Source: an uncultured Gemmatimonadaceae bacterium (GTDB lineage: Bacteria > Gemmatimonadota > Gemmatimonadetes > Gemmatimonadales > Gemmatimonadaceae). From it: a stretch of DNA of 64,000 nt. Where the stretch lies: NCBI GenBank assembly GCA_963790305.1, contig CAWBOC010000001.1, positions 1 to 64,000 on the forward strand. The letters are read 5' to 3'. Position 1 is the first letter of the stretch. Each line of letters starts with the position of its first letter. Below, piece after piece: positions 50,891 through 61,037 of this stretch. The translations under genes and the position numbers were made by a program. A model generated the notes under the pieces. It did not search any database and was not told the DNA's origin. It was given only the letters and a program-made list of their open reading frames with translations.

Positions 50891-51212
50891 AGTCATCGTA
50901 CCTCGGCGGATGCCCGGGCTTCGGCCGGTGCTCCTCCTCATCATCGTACTCATCGTCGAGCTCGATGAGATCGTCGTCGAGATCGAGGTCATCGTCGTCG
51001 TCGTCATCGTCGTCGTCGAGATCGTCGTCGTCGAGGTCGTCATCGTCCTCGTCCTCGTCGAGATCGAACTCGTCGTCGAACTCATCATCATCCAGATCGT
51101 CATCGTCCTCCTCGTCGAGATCGTCGTCCTCGTCGAGTGGCTCCTCGTCCAGGTCGTCGTCGCTGCGCCCTGGTGCCCGCGCCGCCGTCAACGACTCGAA
51201 CTCGCCTGACAT
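50889..51212 (-). CDS. Highly acidic low-complexity protein (about 60% Asp/Glu)
   Basis: SD GAGG; co-oriented directly after typA. Confidence 0.7.
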   Translation of the reverse strand: MSGEFESLTAARAPGRSDDDLDEEPLDEDDDLDEEDDDDLDDDEFDDEFDLDEDEDDDDLDDDDLDDDDDDDDDDLDLDDDLIELDDEYDDEEEHRPKPGHPPRYDD

Positions 51213-51245
51213 AACCTCGATCTCCTTGGAGAATGGTTCCGATGA

Positions 51246-53087
51246 CTAGAGCGACGCGCGCTCCCGCTCGCGCTTCGCCTCGCGACTCAGCTTCTTCCGA
51301 TCATTCGCCTTCAGCATGCGCTTCCGCAGACGAATGGACTGCGGCGTGATCTCGATGAGCTCGTCGTCCTCGATGTACTCCAGGGCGCCTTCCAAAGTCA
51401 ACTCCCGCGGCGGCTCGAGCTGAATGTTCTCGTCGCTCGCCGTGGTGCGCATGTTCGTCAGTTTCTTTTCCTTGGTCGGATTGACGTCCAGATCGCCCGG
51501 CCGCGAGTTCTCCCCGATGATCATCCCCTCGTACACCGGCGTGCCGGGCGCCACGAACATCGTCGAGCGCTCCGACAGGTTGAAGAGGGCGAACGCCACC
51601 GCCACCCCATTCTCCATCGAGACGTACGTCCCGCGCTTGCGCCCCGCAAGCGGACCGGCCCACGGTCCGTAATCCAGAAAGCGATGGTGCAGGATTCCGG
51701 TTCCCCGTGTATCGGTCAGAAATTCGGAGCGGTACCCGAATAACCCGCGGGCGGGAATGCGATACAACAATCGCACCATCCCCTCCCCGGGATTCTTCAT
51801 CTCGATCATCTCAGCCCGGCGGGGCCCGACCTTCTCCATCACGGCGCCGAGGTACTCCTCGGGTAGATCGATCGCCAGCTCTTCGTACGGCTCGAGCAGC
51901 TCGCCCCGGGACCCCTCCCGCGTGATCACGCGCGGACGCGACACCTGAAACTCGTACCCCTCGCGGCGCATCGTCTCCATGAGGATCGACAGATGCAGCT
52001 CGCCCCGCCCCGAGACCTTCCACGTGTCGGTCGACTCGGTGTCCTCGACGCGAAGGGCGACGTTGCGCTCCAGCTCGCGGTAGAGACGCTCACGAACCTG
52101 CCGCGAGGTCACGAACTTCCCTTCCTTGCCGGCGAAGGGTGAGTTGTTGACGATCACGTCGACGGAGATGGTGGGCTCCTCCACGGCGATGCCCTCGAGC
52201 CGATCGGGATGCTCGACGTCCGCGACCGTCAGCCCGATCTCGACGCCCTCGAGGCCGGCCAGGCAGACGATCTCACCGGCGTCGGCCGTCTGCAGCTCGA
52301 CGCGTTCGAGCCCCTCGAATCCGAACAGCCTGGTCACACGAGCCTGCTCGATGGGTCGCGAAGGCTCGAGGGGCAGCAGCGCGACCTGCTCGCCGACGCG
52401 CACCTTGCCGCGCTCGATGCGTCCGATGCCCATGCGCCCGAGGTAAGGCGAGTAGTCGATGGTCGACACCAGCATCTGAAAGGGCTGCGTCGCGTCGCTC
52501 GGCGGCGGCGGCACGTGGTCGATGATCGACTGGAACAGCGGGGTGAGATCGGTCAGCGGTTTGTCGAGATCGAGCGTGGCGGTGCCGTCCCGCGCCGAGG
52601 CATAGACGACGGGCGCGTCGAGCTGCGCATGATCGGCTTCGAGCTCGATGAGGAGATCGAGCACCTCATCGTGGACACGCATCGGGTCGGCGCCCGGCCG
52701 GTCGATCTTGTTGATCACGACGATCGGCCGGCGACCCAGGCCGAGGGCTTTCCCAAGTACGAATCGCGTCTGGGGCATCGGCCCATCGAACGCGTCGACG
52801 ACGAGCAACACACCGTCGACCATGCGAAGGATGCGCTCGACCTCGCCGCCAAAGTCGGCGTGGCCGGGCGTGTCGACAATGTTGATCTTGACGCCCCCCC
52901 ATCTCACGGAGGTATTCTTGGCGAGGATCGTGATGCCCCGCTCGCGCTCCAGCGGGTTAGAATCCATCACGCGCTCCTGCACCACCTGGTTCTCGCGAAA
53001 GGCGCCGGCCTGGCGCAGCATCTTGTCGACGAGGGTGGTCTTGCCGTGATCGACGTGAGCAATGATGGCAATGTTGCGAATCTGCAT
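51246..53087 (-). CDS. typA: Translational GTPase TypA/BipA
   Basis: [41 protein letters not shown]. Confidence 0.97.
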   Translation of the reverse strand: MQIRNIAIIAHVDHGKTTLVDKMLRQAGAFRENQVVQERVMDSNPLERERGITILAKNTSVRWGGVKINIVDTPGHADFGGEVERILRMVDGVLLVVDAFDGPMPQTRFVLGKALGLGRRPIVVINKIDRPGADPMRVHDEVLDLLIELEADHAQLDAPVVYASARDGTATLDLDKPLTDLTPLFQSIIDHVPPPPSDATQPFQMLVSTIDYSPYLGRMGIGRIERGKVRVGEQVALLPLEPSRPIEQARVTRLFGFEGLERVELQTADAGEIVCLAGLEGVEIGLTVADVEHPDRLEGIAVEEPTISVDVIVNNSPFAGKEGKFVTSRQVRERLYRELERNVALRVEDTESTDTWKVSGRGELHLSILMETMRREGYEFQVSRPRVITREGSRGELLEPYEELAIDLPEEYLGAVMEKVGPRRAEMIEMKNPGEGMVRLLYRIPARGLFGYRSEFLTDTRGTGILHHRFLDYGPWAGPLAGRKRGTYVSMENGVAVAFALFNLSERSTMFVAPGTPVYEGMIIGENSRPGDLDVNPTKEKKLTNMRTTASDENIQLEPPRELTLEGALEYIEDDELIEITPQSIRLRKRMLKANDRKKLSREAKRERERASL

Positions 53088-53193
53088 AGACCGATAAAGA
53101 TATCGGGGCTCCTGTCCCGCCTACAAGCGCGACAGGTGAATGGCACGGACGGTGCGGCGTTCGTGCGCGTGTCTCATTCGCTGGAGGTGCGCC

Positions 53194-53850
53194 ATGGAAC
53201 AGCGTGACGAAGCTGGGCGAACGGAGTACCCCCTCGGTCGTGGATATGGTCACGATTACATGCGAGGGGGTGAGGTGCTCGGTGGGTACGGATATGCGGC
53301 ACGTGAGGAGTACGACCGGCCGCGCGGCGCGCGACACGGTGACCACCCGCAAGGCCCCGCCCCCGACGATCCGGCTCAGCTTCCGAACGACAGTCCGGCC
53401 GGCGCCTGGCGAGACCAGCCAGGGATGTTCGAGACGACGCAGTCGATCGACGGAAGCCCCCCCGAACCAGACCCAAGCCAACCCCGAATCCCGCACCTGT
53501 ACGGCGGACAAGGCGTCCTCCGGCACTCGCGCAGCTTCTACGTCACGCAGGCACAGCTTCAGAGCCGCATCTACGGGCCGAACCGGTACGGGCGCGGCCC
53601 GTACGCGCATCGGCTCGAGGCGATTCGCCGCAACGACGACGAGCTCAGGACCGAGGTCGAAGAGGCGCTCTTCTACGACACATGGGTCGATTCCCAGCGC
53701 ATCGCCGTCGAGGTCGCGGACGGCGTGGTGACGCTGAGAGGAAGTCTTCCCAGCCACGAGGAAGTGAGGTTCGCGACAGACGACGCGTGGGAGATTGCTG
53801 GAGTTCGCGGAGTCAGGTCTGAGTTGATCGTGGAGGGAGGTACCTCCTGA
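53194..53850 (+). CDS. BON-domain protein
   Basis: SD GGAGG; RNDDELRTEVEEAL...IAVEVADGVVTLRG...AGVRGVRSEL. Confidence 0.85.
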   Translation: MEQRDEAGRTEYPLGRGYGHDYMRGGEVLGGYGYAAREEYDRPRGARHGDHPQGPAPDDPAQLPNDSPAGAWRDQPGMFETTQSIDGSPPEPDPSQPRIPHLYGGQGVLRHSRSFYVTQAQLQSRIYGPNRYGRGPYAHRLEAIRRNDDELRTEVEEALFYDTWVDSQRIAVEVADGVVTLRGSLPSHEEVRFATDDAWEIAGVRGVRSELIVEGGTS

Positions 53851-53851
53851 G

Positions 53852-53980
53852 CGGCAAAGATGTCAGAGGTCAGAATACAGAATTCAGGATTCAGAAACCG
53901 CCACGAGCCGCCATGCGAGGCCGCTCGTGGCGGTTTCTGAATTCTGACATCTGTATTCCGACGGCTGACATCCTTTGCCG
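53852..53980. repeat. 7-nt-periodic inverted-repeat element, family A copy 3
   Basis: CGGCAAAGATGTCAGAGGTCAGAATACAGAATTCAGGATTCAGAAAC ... GTTTCTGAATTCTGACATCTGTATTCCGACGGCTGACATCCTTTGCCG. Confidence 0.9.
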
Positions 53981-55564
53981 TTAGCGCTTCGCGGTCGCGG
54001 GCCGAGATGGCGCCTTCTGTGGCTCTGCCTTCGGAGGCGCGGCCGCGGACGGGTCGAGCATCTCCAGCCACGACACGTCGTGGCCGCGCTGCTTCAGCAT
54101 GTTCGCGAACACGATCTTGTCCACCGCCTTGAGGTATGCCTCACGAGGCTCCACCTGCTTCTTGTCGACCAGCTCGATGAGCGCGTCGTTGAGCGTCACC
54201 ATGCCCAGCCGACGCGAGGTTTGCATGATCGACGGGATCTGGAAGGTCTTGCCCTCGCGGATGAGGTTCGAGACGGCGGGAATCGACAGCAGGATCTCGC
54301 GCGCAGCCACGCGGCCCCCGCCGATCTTCTTGCACAGTGTCTGTGAGATCACGCCCTTGAGCGACTCGGAGAGCATCACCCGAATCTGCTCCTGACGGTC
54401 GGGCGGAAACTGATCGATGATGCGGTCGATCGTGCTCGAAGCGGTCGTCGTGTGCAGGGTGCCGAAGACGAGGTGACCCGTCTCCGCCGTCTCGATCGCG
54501 ATGGACATCGTCTCCAGATCGCGGAGCTCGCCGACGAGCACGATGTCGGGATCCTCGCGCAACGCCGCGCGCAAGGCGTGCTTGAATGACGATGTGTGCA
54601 CGCCCACCTGCCGCTGCGTGATGAGGCAGCGCTTGTTCGGGTGCACGAACTCGATCGGGTCCTCGATCGTAATCACGTGATCCGACCGCATGCGGTTGAC
54701 CAGATCGATGAGCGCGCAGAGCGTCGTCGACTTTCCCGACCCGGTCGGTCCTGTCACCAGCACCAGACCCTTCGTCAGGAAACAGAGCTGCTGCACCTCG
54801 GTCGAGAGGCCGAGCTGGTCGGCCGTGACGACCGTGGCAGGAATGACGCGGGCGACGGCGCCCGCGCCCTTGCGATCGCGAAGCGCGTTGCACCGGAACC
54901 GAGCGAGCCCGGCAATCTCGTACGCGAAGTCGGTATCGTTGAGCTCGGTGTACTCGCGCCGATTGCGATCGGGCATGATCGCGAGCAGCATCGACTCGAG
55001 GCGATCGTTGCTGAGTGGCTGCAGACCCTCGATGCGGGTCATCTCGCCGTGCATACGGATGATCGGCGGCTCGCCAACGCGCAGGTGGAGATCCGAGCCG
55101 CTCTTCTCGACGAGCTGGCGCAGCAGCGCATCGATCTCGACGCGTGCCGCTTCGATCGCGGTATCGGTGACGATGGCACTCGTCTCCATCGTGAGCGGGC
55201 GCGCTGCCCCGTTCGAATGCGTGACCGTGGTGGCGTGAAGGGGCGCGGGCGCCGAGGCTCCGTTCTCGTCAGGCACGAGCGTCGCGCTCAGGCGTCCGCC
55301 GGCCAGCGTCGCGTTCACGGCAAAGGTGCCGTCGGCGCAGGAATAGGGGAACATCGCGCCGTGACCGCGGTCGAGAAGCTCGGCGGCTTCCGGGGTCGCG
55401 ATCTCGCGCAGCAGCGCCAGCAGCTGCGCCGACGTGAATGCCTGCTTCGTGACGGGTCGCGGGACGCCGCCGATCTCGAGCCTGGCGACGTCGTCAGTGA
55501 CGAGATGCAGCGCCGTTCCGTGGTTGGTCACCAGCACGGCGAGAAAACGGTCGAGTTGAGCCAT
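53981..55564 (-). CDS. pilT: PilT-family type IV pilus retraction ATPase with N-terminal extension
   Basis: SDLHL, GPTGSGKSTT, TIEDPIE, ALREDPDIVLVGELRD, ETGHLVFGTLHT. Confidence 0.93.
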   Translation of the reverse strand: MAQLDRFLAVLVTNHGTALHLVTDDVARLEIGGVPRPVTKQAFTSAQLLALLREIATPEAAELLDRGHGAMFPYSCADGTFAVNATLAGGRLSATLVPDENGASAPAPLHATTVTHSNGAARPLTMETSAIVTDTAIEAARVEIDALLRQLVEKSGSDLHLRVGEPPIIRMHGEMTRIEGLQPLSNDRLESMLLAIMPDRNRREYTELNDTDFAYEIAGLARFRCNALRDRKGAGAVARVIPATVVTADQLGLSTEVQQLCFLTKGLVLVTGPTGSGKSTTLCALIDLVNRMRSDHVITIEDPIEFVHPNKRCLITQRQVGVHTSSFKHALRAALREDPDIVLVGELRDLETMSIAIETAETGHLVFGTLHTTTASSTIDRIIDQFPPDRQEQIRVMLSESLKGVISQTLCKKIGGGRVAAREILLSIPAVSNLIREGKTFQIPSIMQTSRRLGMVTLNDALIELVDKKQVEPREAYLKAVDKIVFANMLKQRGHDVSWLEMLDPSAAAPPKAEPQKAPSRPATAKR

Positions 55565-56028
55565 CAGTCTCGAGGAAGAACGCGCTCGATGAGCGCGCGA
55601 TTGACCAGTCGTGTCCCCTCGGTGGCGTAGAGTACCAGAAACCGATCGGACAGACGGTTGAGATAGTCGAGCAAACGTGGCTGACCGGCGGGCAGCTCGA
55701 GCAATACGATCCCCGATCGGACGATTCCACCGCAGAGCACGACGTCGAGGAGCGCAGATCGCGCACTGGCGCGGCGCAATTCGTCATCGTCGGTCGGGAG
55801 CTCGGCGAGCGCTTCGACGACCCGGTCCTTCGCGACGAGGAGTGTCTCGCCTTCAGCGGTCTCGATGGGAAAGAAGCGCTCGGCCGAGTTCAGCACGTCG
55901 CGCGCGCTCTCGCGACGCGGATCGCCTTCTCCGACGTGCTGCACGAACATCGCTCCCGTGATCGTCTCGCCGCTCACGAGCGACAGGCGCACGGCACAGC
56001 GATCTTTCTCGATTCGGAACTCGTGCAT
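55564..56028 (-). CDS. Hypothetical protein of two similar small beta-rich domains, coupled to pilT
   Basis: Halves DVLN..ERFFPI..TLLVAKDRV and DYLN..DRFLVL..TRLVNRALI; TGATG overlap. Confidence 0.75.
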   Translation of the reverse strand: MHEFRIEKDRCAVRLSLVSGETITGAMFVQHVGEGDPRRESARDVLNSAERFFPIETAEGETLLVAKDRVVEALAELPTDDDELRRASARSALLDVVLCGGIVRSGIVLLELPAGQPRLLDYLNRLSDRFLVLYATEGTRLVNRALIERVLPRD

Positions 56029-56068
56029 GCGCGAGGGAGCGAGAGTCCCTCAATGACGCGCCAGCGCG

Positions 56069-57052
56069 CTACGCAGTCACCGTTCCTCGCCCGCGGACAG
56101 TGTGCCCGGTCGCAACGACGGAGGATCGGTCGCTCAGGGATGCAGAATGCAGCTCCCGCTCGTACATCTCGCGCCGCTCGAGCTGCACCGTAACGTGCTG
56201 GATTCCAAAGAGAAGCATCGCATCATGAACATGTTCTAATACATGCTGATGCCGTTCTGGCTCGCGCACGATGGCGTGGACGCTCATGGCGACGACGCCG
56301 GAGGTGACCGTCCAGACGTGGAGGTCATGAACCGATTCGATGCCGGGAATCGCTTCGAGCTGCTTTCGGACCGTTCCAAGCGCAATGTGCGTCGGTGTCG
56401 ATTCGAGCAGCACGTCGATCGACTCCCGGACGAGGCGCCACGCCCCGCGCACGATCAGCAGGGTCATGAGGATGGACGCGATCGGATCGGCGACGACCCA
56501 CCCGGTGTATCGCACGAGGAGTGCGGCAATGACGGTCGCCGCCGAGCCAAGCAGATCGCCGACGACGTGCAGATAGGCGCCGCGCAGGTTGAGGCTCGCC
56601 TCGCTCGCCGGATGCAGGACCAGCGCCGCGGCGATGTTGGCGAGGATTCCCACTATGGCGACCACGAGCATCATCCCGCTTTCGACGGCCTCCGGCTGAC
56701 GCAGCCGCATTACGGCCTCGAGCGCGATCCAGGCCGAAATGAGGAGCAGCGTCGCGCCGTTCAGAAATGCGGCGAGAATCTCCCATCGGAGATACCCGTA
56801 CGTGCGACGCTGGTCGTGCGGCTGCCGGCTGAACCACGCGACGAAGAGCGACAATGCGAGCGCGGCGACGTCGGTGAGCATATGCCCGGCGTCGGCGAGT
56901 AGTGCCAGCGAATTCGACAGGATGCCGCCGGCAACCTCCGCCAGCAGAAAGGTGGCGGTGATGGCAAGCGCGATGCGCAGGCGACGCATTTGATCGCGTG
57001 AGTCGCCGTGGACGTGGGGATGGGCGTGGTCGCCGTGGTGGTGGGCACTCAA
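56069..57052 (-). CDS. czcD: Cation diffusion facilitator (CzcD/ZitB-like)
   Basis: His-rich N-terminus, SLALLADAGHMLTD, TYGYLRWE, HVVGDLLGS, HDLHVW; start codon uncertain (TTG at 57052). Confidence 0.9.
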   Translation of the reverse strand: MSAHHHGDHAHPHVHGDSRDQMRRLRIALAITATFLLAEVAGGILSNSLALLADAGHMLTDVAALALSLFVAWFSRQPHDQRRTYGYLRWEILAAFLNGATLLLISAWIALEAVMRLRQPEAVESGMMLVVAIVGILANIAAALVLHPASEASLNLRGAYLHVVGDLLGSAATVIAALLVRYTGWVVADPIASILMTLLIVRGAWRLVRESIDVLLESTPTHIALGTVRKQLEAIPGIESVHDLHVWTVTSGVVAMSVHAIVREPERHQHVLEHVHDAMLLFGIQHVTVQLERREMYERELHSASLSDRSSVVATGHTVRGRGTVTA

Positions 57053-57059
57053 GAGACTG

Positions 57060-57147
57060 AAGGTGATCGAGGTCGTCGAGGATGTCGAGGTGATCGAGGT
57101 GACTTCGCCTTGATCACCTCGACATCCTCGACGACCTCGATCACCTT
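57060..57147. repeat. 9-nt-periodic inverted-repeat element, family F copy 2
   Basis: 40-bp arms AAGGTGATCGAGGTCGTCGAGGATGTCGAGGTGATCGAGG / CCTTGATCACCTCGACATCCTCGACGACCTCGATCACCTT, one mismatch. Confidence 0.92.
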
Positions 57148-57153
57148 TGTCTC

Positions 57154-58431
57154 GTGATCCTCCGCCTGCTTGCGGCTGTGGTGCTCGTGGCACTCAATGC
57201 GTTTTTCGTCGCCGCCGAGTCGGCGCTGGTGCGCGCGCGACGACCGCGGCTCGAGGCGCGGGCGCGTGGCGGATCGAGCAGCGCACGCTGGGCGTTGCGC
57301 GCGCTCGCCGATCGCACCCGTCTACTCGCCGCGAGCCAGGCCGGCATTACGCTGGCGAGCCTCGGCCTGGGGTGGATCCTTGCCGACGGGATCGCCGACC
57401 TCCCGATGGTCGCGGACCGATCGGCGATGGCCATCGCCGCCGTGGCGATCGTCGTCCTCATCGTCGCATATCTGCACATCATGTTCGGACAGTTCGTTCC
57501 GCGAGTCGTCGCGCTCGCGCAGCCCGAACGCATCGCCACCGCGCTCGCGGCGCCGCTGCTCGCATTTGCGTGGCTGATCTATCCTTTCACGCTCCTGTTG
57601 AATCGCTCGTCGCAGCCGCTCACGCGACGGGTCGGCCACACGGCGGTCGCGGAAGACGCGATGCACTTTCCGGGTGAGATGCGGCAGCTCGTCGAGCGCG
57701 CAGAGGCGGGAGGCGCGATCGACCCCGAGGACGCGGAGCTGCTGGAAGGGGTGTTCGAGTTCTCGGAGAAGAACGCCCGGGATGTCATGACCCCGCGCAC
57801 GGAGATCGTCGCGCTTTCGATCGACGCGTCGTTCGACGAGGTGATCCGCCTCGTCAACGAGAGCGGTCTCTCCCGCATTCCGGTTTACGAGGGGTCGATC
57901 GACAACATCACCGGCATCGTGCTCGCCAAGGCCTTGCTGCCGACGCTTGGTCGCGGCAGCGGGACGGAGCGGACGTTCTCGCTCCGACAGATCCTCCGCG
58001 CGGCGCACTTCATTCCCGGCACGCGCCAGGTGGAGGAGGTGTTGTCGGACTTCAAGCGACTCAAGGAGCACATGGCGATCGTGCTCGACGAGTATGGTGG
58101 AACCGCGGGCGTCGTGACGATGGAGGACCTGCTCGAGGAGATCGTCGGGGAGATTCTCGACGAGCACGACGAGCGTGACGAGCCGGCGCACGCGCGTGGC
58201 GGCGAAGTCCTGGTGGCCGGCGACCTCAACATCGGTGAGCTGAACGAGCGGTTAGGCCTTGCCGTCCCCGAGAACGAGTTCTCGACGATCGGCGGCTACG
58301 TGTTCGGAACCCTGGGCCGCGTGCCGCGCGTGGGCGATCGCATCACGATCGGGGGGGCGACATTCACGGTGAGATCCGTCGAGGGGCGGCGAGCGGAGCA
58401 GATCGCGGTGAAACGGATTGACGTGATCTGA
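57154..58431 (+). CDS. CNNM/CBS-pair/CorC (hemolysin-family) transporter
   Basis: LNAFFVAAESAL, VMTPRTEI, SRIPVY, VLDEYGGTAGVVTMEDLLEEIVGEI. Confidence 0.93.
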   Translation: MILRLLAAVVLVALNAFFVAAESALVRARRPRLEARARGGSSSARWALRALADRTRLLAASQAGITLASLGLGWILADGIADLPMVADRSAMAIAAVAIVVLIVAYLHIMFGQFVPRVVALAQPERIATALAAPLLAFAWLIYPFTLLLNRSSQPLTRRVGHTAVAEDAMHFPGEMRQLVERAEAGGAIDPEDAELLEGVFEFSEKNARDVMTPRTEIVALSIDASFDEVIRLVNESGLSRIPVYEGSIDNITGIVLAKALLPTLGRGSGTERTFSLRQILRAAHFIPGTRQVEEVLSDFKRLKEHMAIVLDEYGGTAGVVTMEDLLEEIVGEILDEHDERDEPAHARGGEVLVAGDLNIGELNERLGLAVPENEFSTIGGYVFGTLGRVPRVGDRITIGGATFTVRSVEGRRAEQIAVKRIDVI

Positions 58432-58543
58432 GGCGCTGAGATGCGCTAGAGGCGCTAAGGGCGCTCGAGGGGTGTTCAGCGCCTCTAGCGCCTCTGCCTT
58501 GCCTCTAGCGCCTCTGGCGCCTCTAGCGCCTCTAGCGCCTCTG
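58430..58543. repeat. 9-nt-periodic inverted-repeat element, family G copy 2
   Basis: AGAGGCGCT-like units then about six AGCGCCTCT-like units between convergent genes, overlapping the pdxA stop. Confidence 0.88.
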
Positions 58544-59419
58544 CACTCCCGCTATTCGCGCACACATCAGAATCGCCCGCACCATGCTCGACTGATCGGC
58601 GATTCCCTTGCCCGCGATGTCGAGCGCGGTGCCGTGATCGGGTGAGGTCCGCGGGAATGGCAGGCCCAAGGTCACGTTCACAGCCTCACCGAACGACGCC
58701 ACCTTGATCGCCGTCATCCCGACATCGTGATAGGGGGCGATCACGGCGTCGAATTCGCCACGCAGAGCGCGCACGAAGACCGTATCGGCCGGGTACGGGC
58801 CATGCAGGCCCGCCTCACGAGCGACTGGCGCCAGCAGCGTGTCGTCCTCGTCGCCGAAGCGTCCGCGATCACCCGCGTGCGGGTTGAGCGCACAGAGGGC
58901 AATCCGTGGCGCCGCGACGCCGAACCAGGCCTGAAGGGCATCACTCGTGAGGCGGGCCGCGTCGAGGAGAACAGTGCGCGACAGTGCGCGCGGAACATCG
59001 CGGAGCGCGACATGGGTCGTGGCGAGCACGACACGCAATCGATCGGATGCCAGCATCATCGCCGTCCGGGAGCTCGTCAGGCGCGCGAGCATTTCCGTGT
59101 GGCCCGGATCCGCGTAGCCTCCCTCCAGCAGCGCGTGCTTGTCGATGGGAGCCGTGACGACGCCGTCGACTTTACCCTCGAGCGCGAGCGCGACGGCACG
59201 CTCGATCGCGCGGCCCGCCAGCTGGCCGGCCAGCGCTTCGCCTCCCGACGGCGTCCACACGCCCACCGACTCATCGACCTCGACCCCGGCCGCTTCGGGT
59301 CCAACGAGCACGGGGATGCATGCCGGCTGCACCGCGGAGTCCAGGAGCGCCTTCGCCACGATCTCGGGACCAATGCCTCGCGGATCGCCGAGCGTGATGG
59401 CCAGCCGCGGCCGCCTCAC
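58532..59419 (-). CDS. pdxA: 4-hydroxythreonine-4-phosphate dehydrogenase
   Basis: GDPRGIGPE, TAPIDK, GHTE, LNPHAG, YHD, RTSPDHGTA. Confidence 0.95.
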   Translation of the reverse strand: MRRPRLAITLGDPRGIGPEIVAKALLDSAVQPACIPVLVGPEAAGVEVDESVGVWTPSGGEALAGQLAGRAIERAVALALEGKVDGVVTAPIDKHALLEGGYADPGHTEMLARLTSSRTAMMLASDRLRVVLATTHVALRDVPRALSRTVLLDAARLTSDALQAWFGVAAPRIALCALNPHAGDRGRFGDEDDTLLAPVAREAGLHGPYPADTVFVRALRGEFDAVIAPYHDVGMTAIKVASFGEAVNVTLGLPFPRTSPDHGTALDIAGKGIADQSSMVRAILMCARIAGVQRR

Positions 59420-59676
59420 GAGGCCTGCTCGTCGCGAAGGATGCGGTAGAGCGTTTTGGCGTCGGCCCGGCTCACGTTCTTGCCAATGTCGCCGACGAGC
59501 TCCACCTCGAGGGTGCGATGCGCGTAATCCACCCGAATGCGGTCGCCCACGCGTACCTCCTGCGACGCCTTCGCCGGCTTGCCGTTCACCTGCACCGCAC
59601 CAACGTCGCAGGCTTCCTTCCCCTCGCTGCGGCTCTTCACCAGGAGGAGCCGCTTGAGCGCGAGGTCGACGCGCAC
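59416..59676 (-). CDS. S4-domain RNA-binding protein (YabO/Hsp15-like)
   Basis: RVDLALKRLLLVKSRSEGKEACDVGAVQVNGKPAKASQEVRVGD; GTG start. Confidence 0.85.
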   Translation of the reverse strand: MRVDLALKRLLLVKSRSEGKEACDVGAVQVNGKPAKASQEVRVGDRIRVDYAHRTLEVELVGDIGKNVSRADAKTLYRILRDEQAS

Positions 59677-59677
59677 G

Positions 59678-61000
59678 CTAGATGCGAATGGAGACGAACG
59701 TCGCCTCGCGAAGGCTGTCGAACAGGCGGCGCACCGCCTTCTGCTGCGCGAGCTGCTCGCGGATCTGCTGGCGGAACTCGGCCAGCGACGGCTCACGCTC
59801 GGGCTCCGCGCTCGTGAGCTGCAGCACCACGAACTTCGGCACCTGGCGCGCGGCATCCTCGATCTCGAAAGGATCGACGATGTCGTTCGCCTGTCGTCCC
59901 TCGACGGCCTTCTGATAGGGCTCAGGCAGCTGCGTTCGGGGGAAGGGATTGGGAATGCTGCGCTCCTCGATCGGGTCGTGATACTTCGCGACCAGTGAGT
60001 CGAACGACGCACCGGCACGCCACGCCGCGGCCACGGAGTCGGCTCGCAGCCGCGCGGCGGCCACGTCCACCGAATCCAGCGCGGGACGGATGAGGATGTG
60101 ACGCGCCTTCACCTCCGCCGGCTGCACGCGATCGACCTTGGCGATATGGAAGCCGAACGAGGTCTCGAACACCGGGCTCACCTGCCCAGGCCCCATTCGG
60201 AAGATCACGTACTCGAACTCGGGAACGAGCCCTTCGCTGCCACCACCGCGCCGGCGCCATCCGAGGTCGCCACCGGTCTCTCGTGAGGCAGGGTCCATGG
60301 ATTCGCGCTTCGCGATCTGCTCGAAGTCGCCGCCGCGACGGATCTCGACCAGCAACGACTCGGCCTTGATGCGCGCGGCCTCTCGCGCCTTCTCGGACGG
60401 CTTCACTGGCACCACGATCTGGCGGAACGTGACCGTCGCCGGAAGGCGGGGGACCTGGCCCTTGTTCTGGTCGAAGAACTTCTGGACTTCATCCTCGCTG
60501 ACCGGGGCTGGGGGCAGCTTCCCCTCCTGGCGGAGCTTCTGAAGCAGCCGCTCCTGAAGCGCGCTGCGCCGCTGCTCATCCATGAGCCACCGTCGGTACT
60601 CCTCGATGGAGCCGAACCCCGAGCGCCGCAACAGATCGTTGAACTGCTCCTCCGTCTGGAACTGACCGCGCACCTGTCGCATGCGCTGGTCCACCGTGGC
60701 GGTGAGGTCGGCATCCTCGACCAGCACGCTGTCCTGCCGCGCGCGCTGCACGAGGAGCTCCGTCTCGATCAGACGATCGATGATCTCCCGCGCGAGCGTC
60801 ATCTGCGCCGTGGAGTCGTTGGGCAGCTCCCGCCCCTGCGCGCGCATGACGTTGATCTCCTCGAGCACATCGCTCCAGAGAATCACCTCGTTTCCGACGA
60901 CGGCGACGACGCGATCGACAGGAACGGTTTCGGCGTCCTGCGCCCGCGCGGCGCTCGAGCCCAGGAGGGCGAGCGCCGCGAGGAATGCGAATCGTTTCAT
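59678..61000 (-). CDS. surA: SurA-like periplasmic chaperone/parvulin PPIase
   Basis: Signal peptide, VDRVVAVVG, GGDLGW, ETSFGFHI, ARHILIRP; upstream of pdxA. Confidence 0.9.
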   Translation of the reverse strand: MKRFAFLAALALLGSSAARAQDAETVPVDRVVAVVGNEVILWSDVLEEINVMRAQGRELPNDSTAQMTLAREIIDRLIETELLVQRARQDSVLVEDADLTATVDQRMRQVRGQFQTEEQFNDLLRRSGFGSIEEYRRWLMDEQRRSALQERLLQKLRQEGKLPPAPVSEDEVQKFFDQNKGQVPRLPATVTFRQIVVPVKPSEKAREAARIKAESLLVEIRRGGDFEQIAKRESMDPASRETGGDLGWRRRGGGSEGLVPEFEYVIFRMGPGQVSPVFETSFGFHIAKVDRVQPAEVKARHILIRPALDSVDVAAARLRADSVAAAWRAGASFDSLVAKYHDPIEERSIPNPFPRTQLPEPYQKAVEGRQANDIVDPFEIEDAARQVPKFVVLQLTSAEPEREPSLAEFRQQIREQLAQQKAVRRLFDSLREATFVSIRI

Positions 61001-61037
61001 GACGCCTGGTACCCCGTCGGGGACGCCGGGGTTTCCG

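Noticed and set aside
50910..51249. Poly-Ser and poly-Val/Ile ORFs on the plus strand
   Set aside because: Antisense shadows of the GAC/GAG-rich acidic gene, which has the SD and operon orientation
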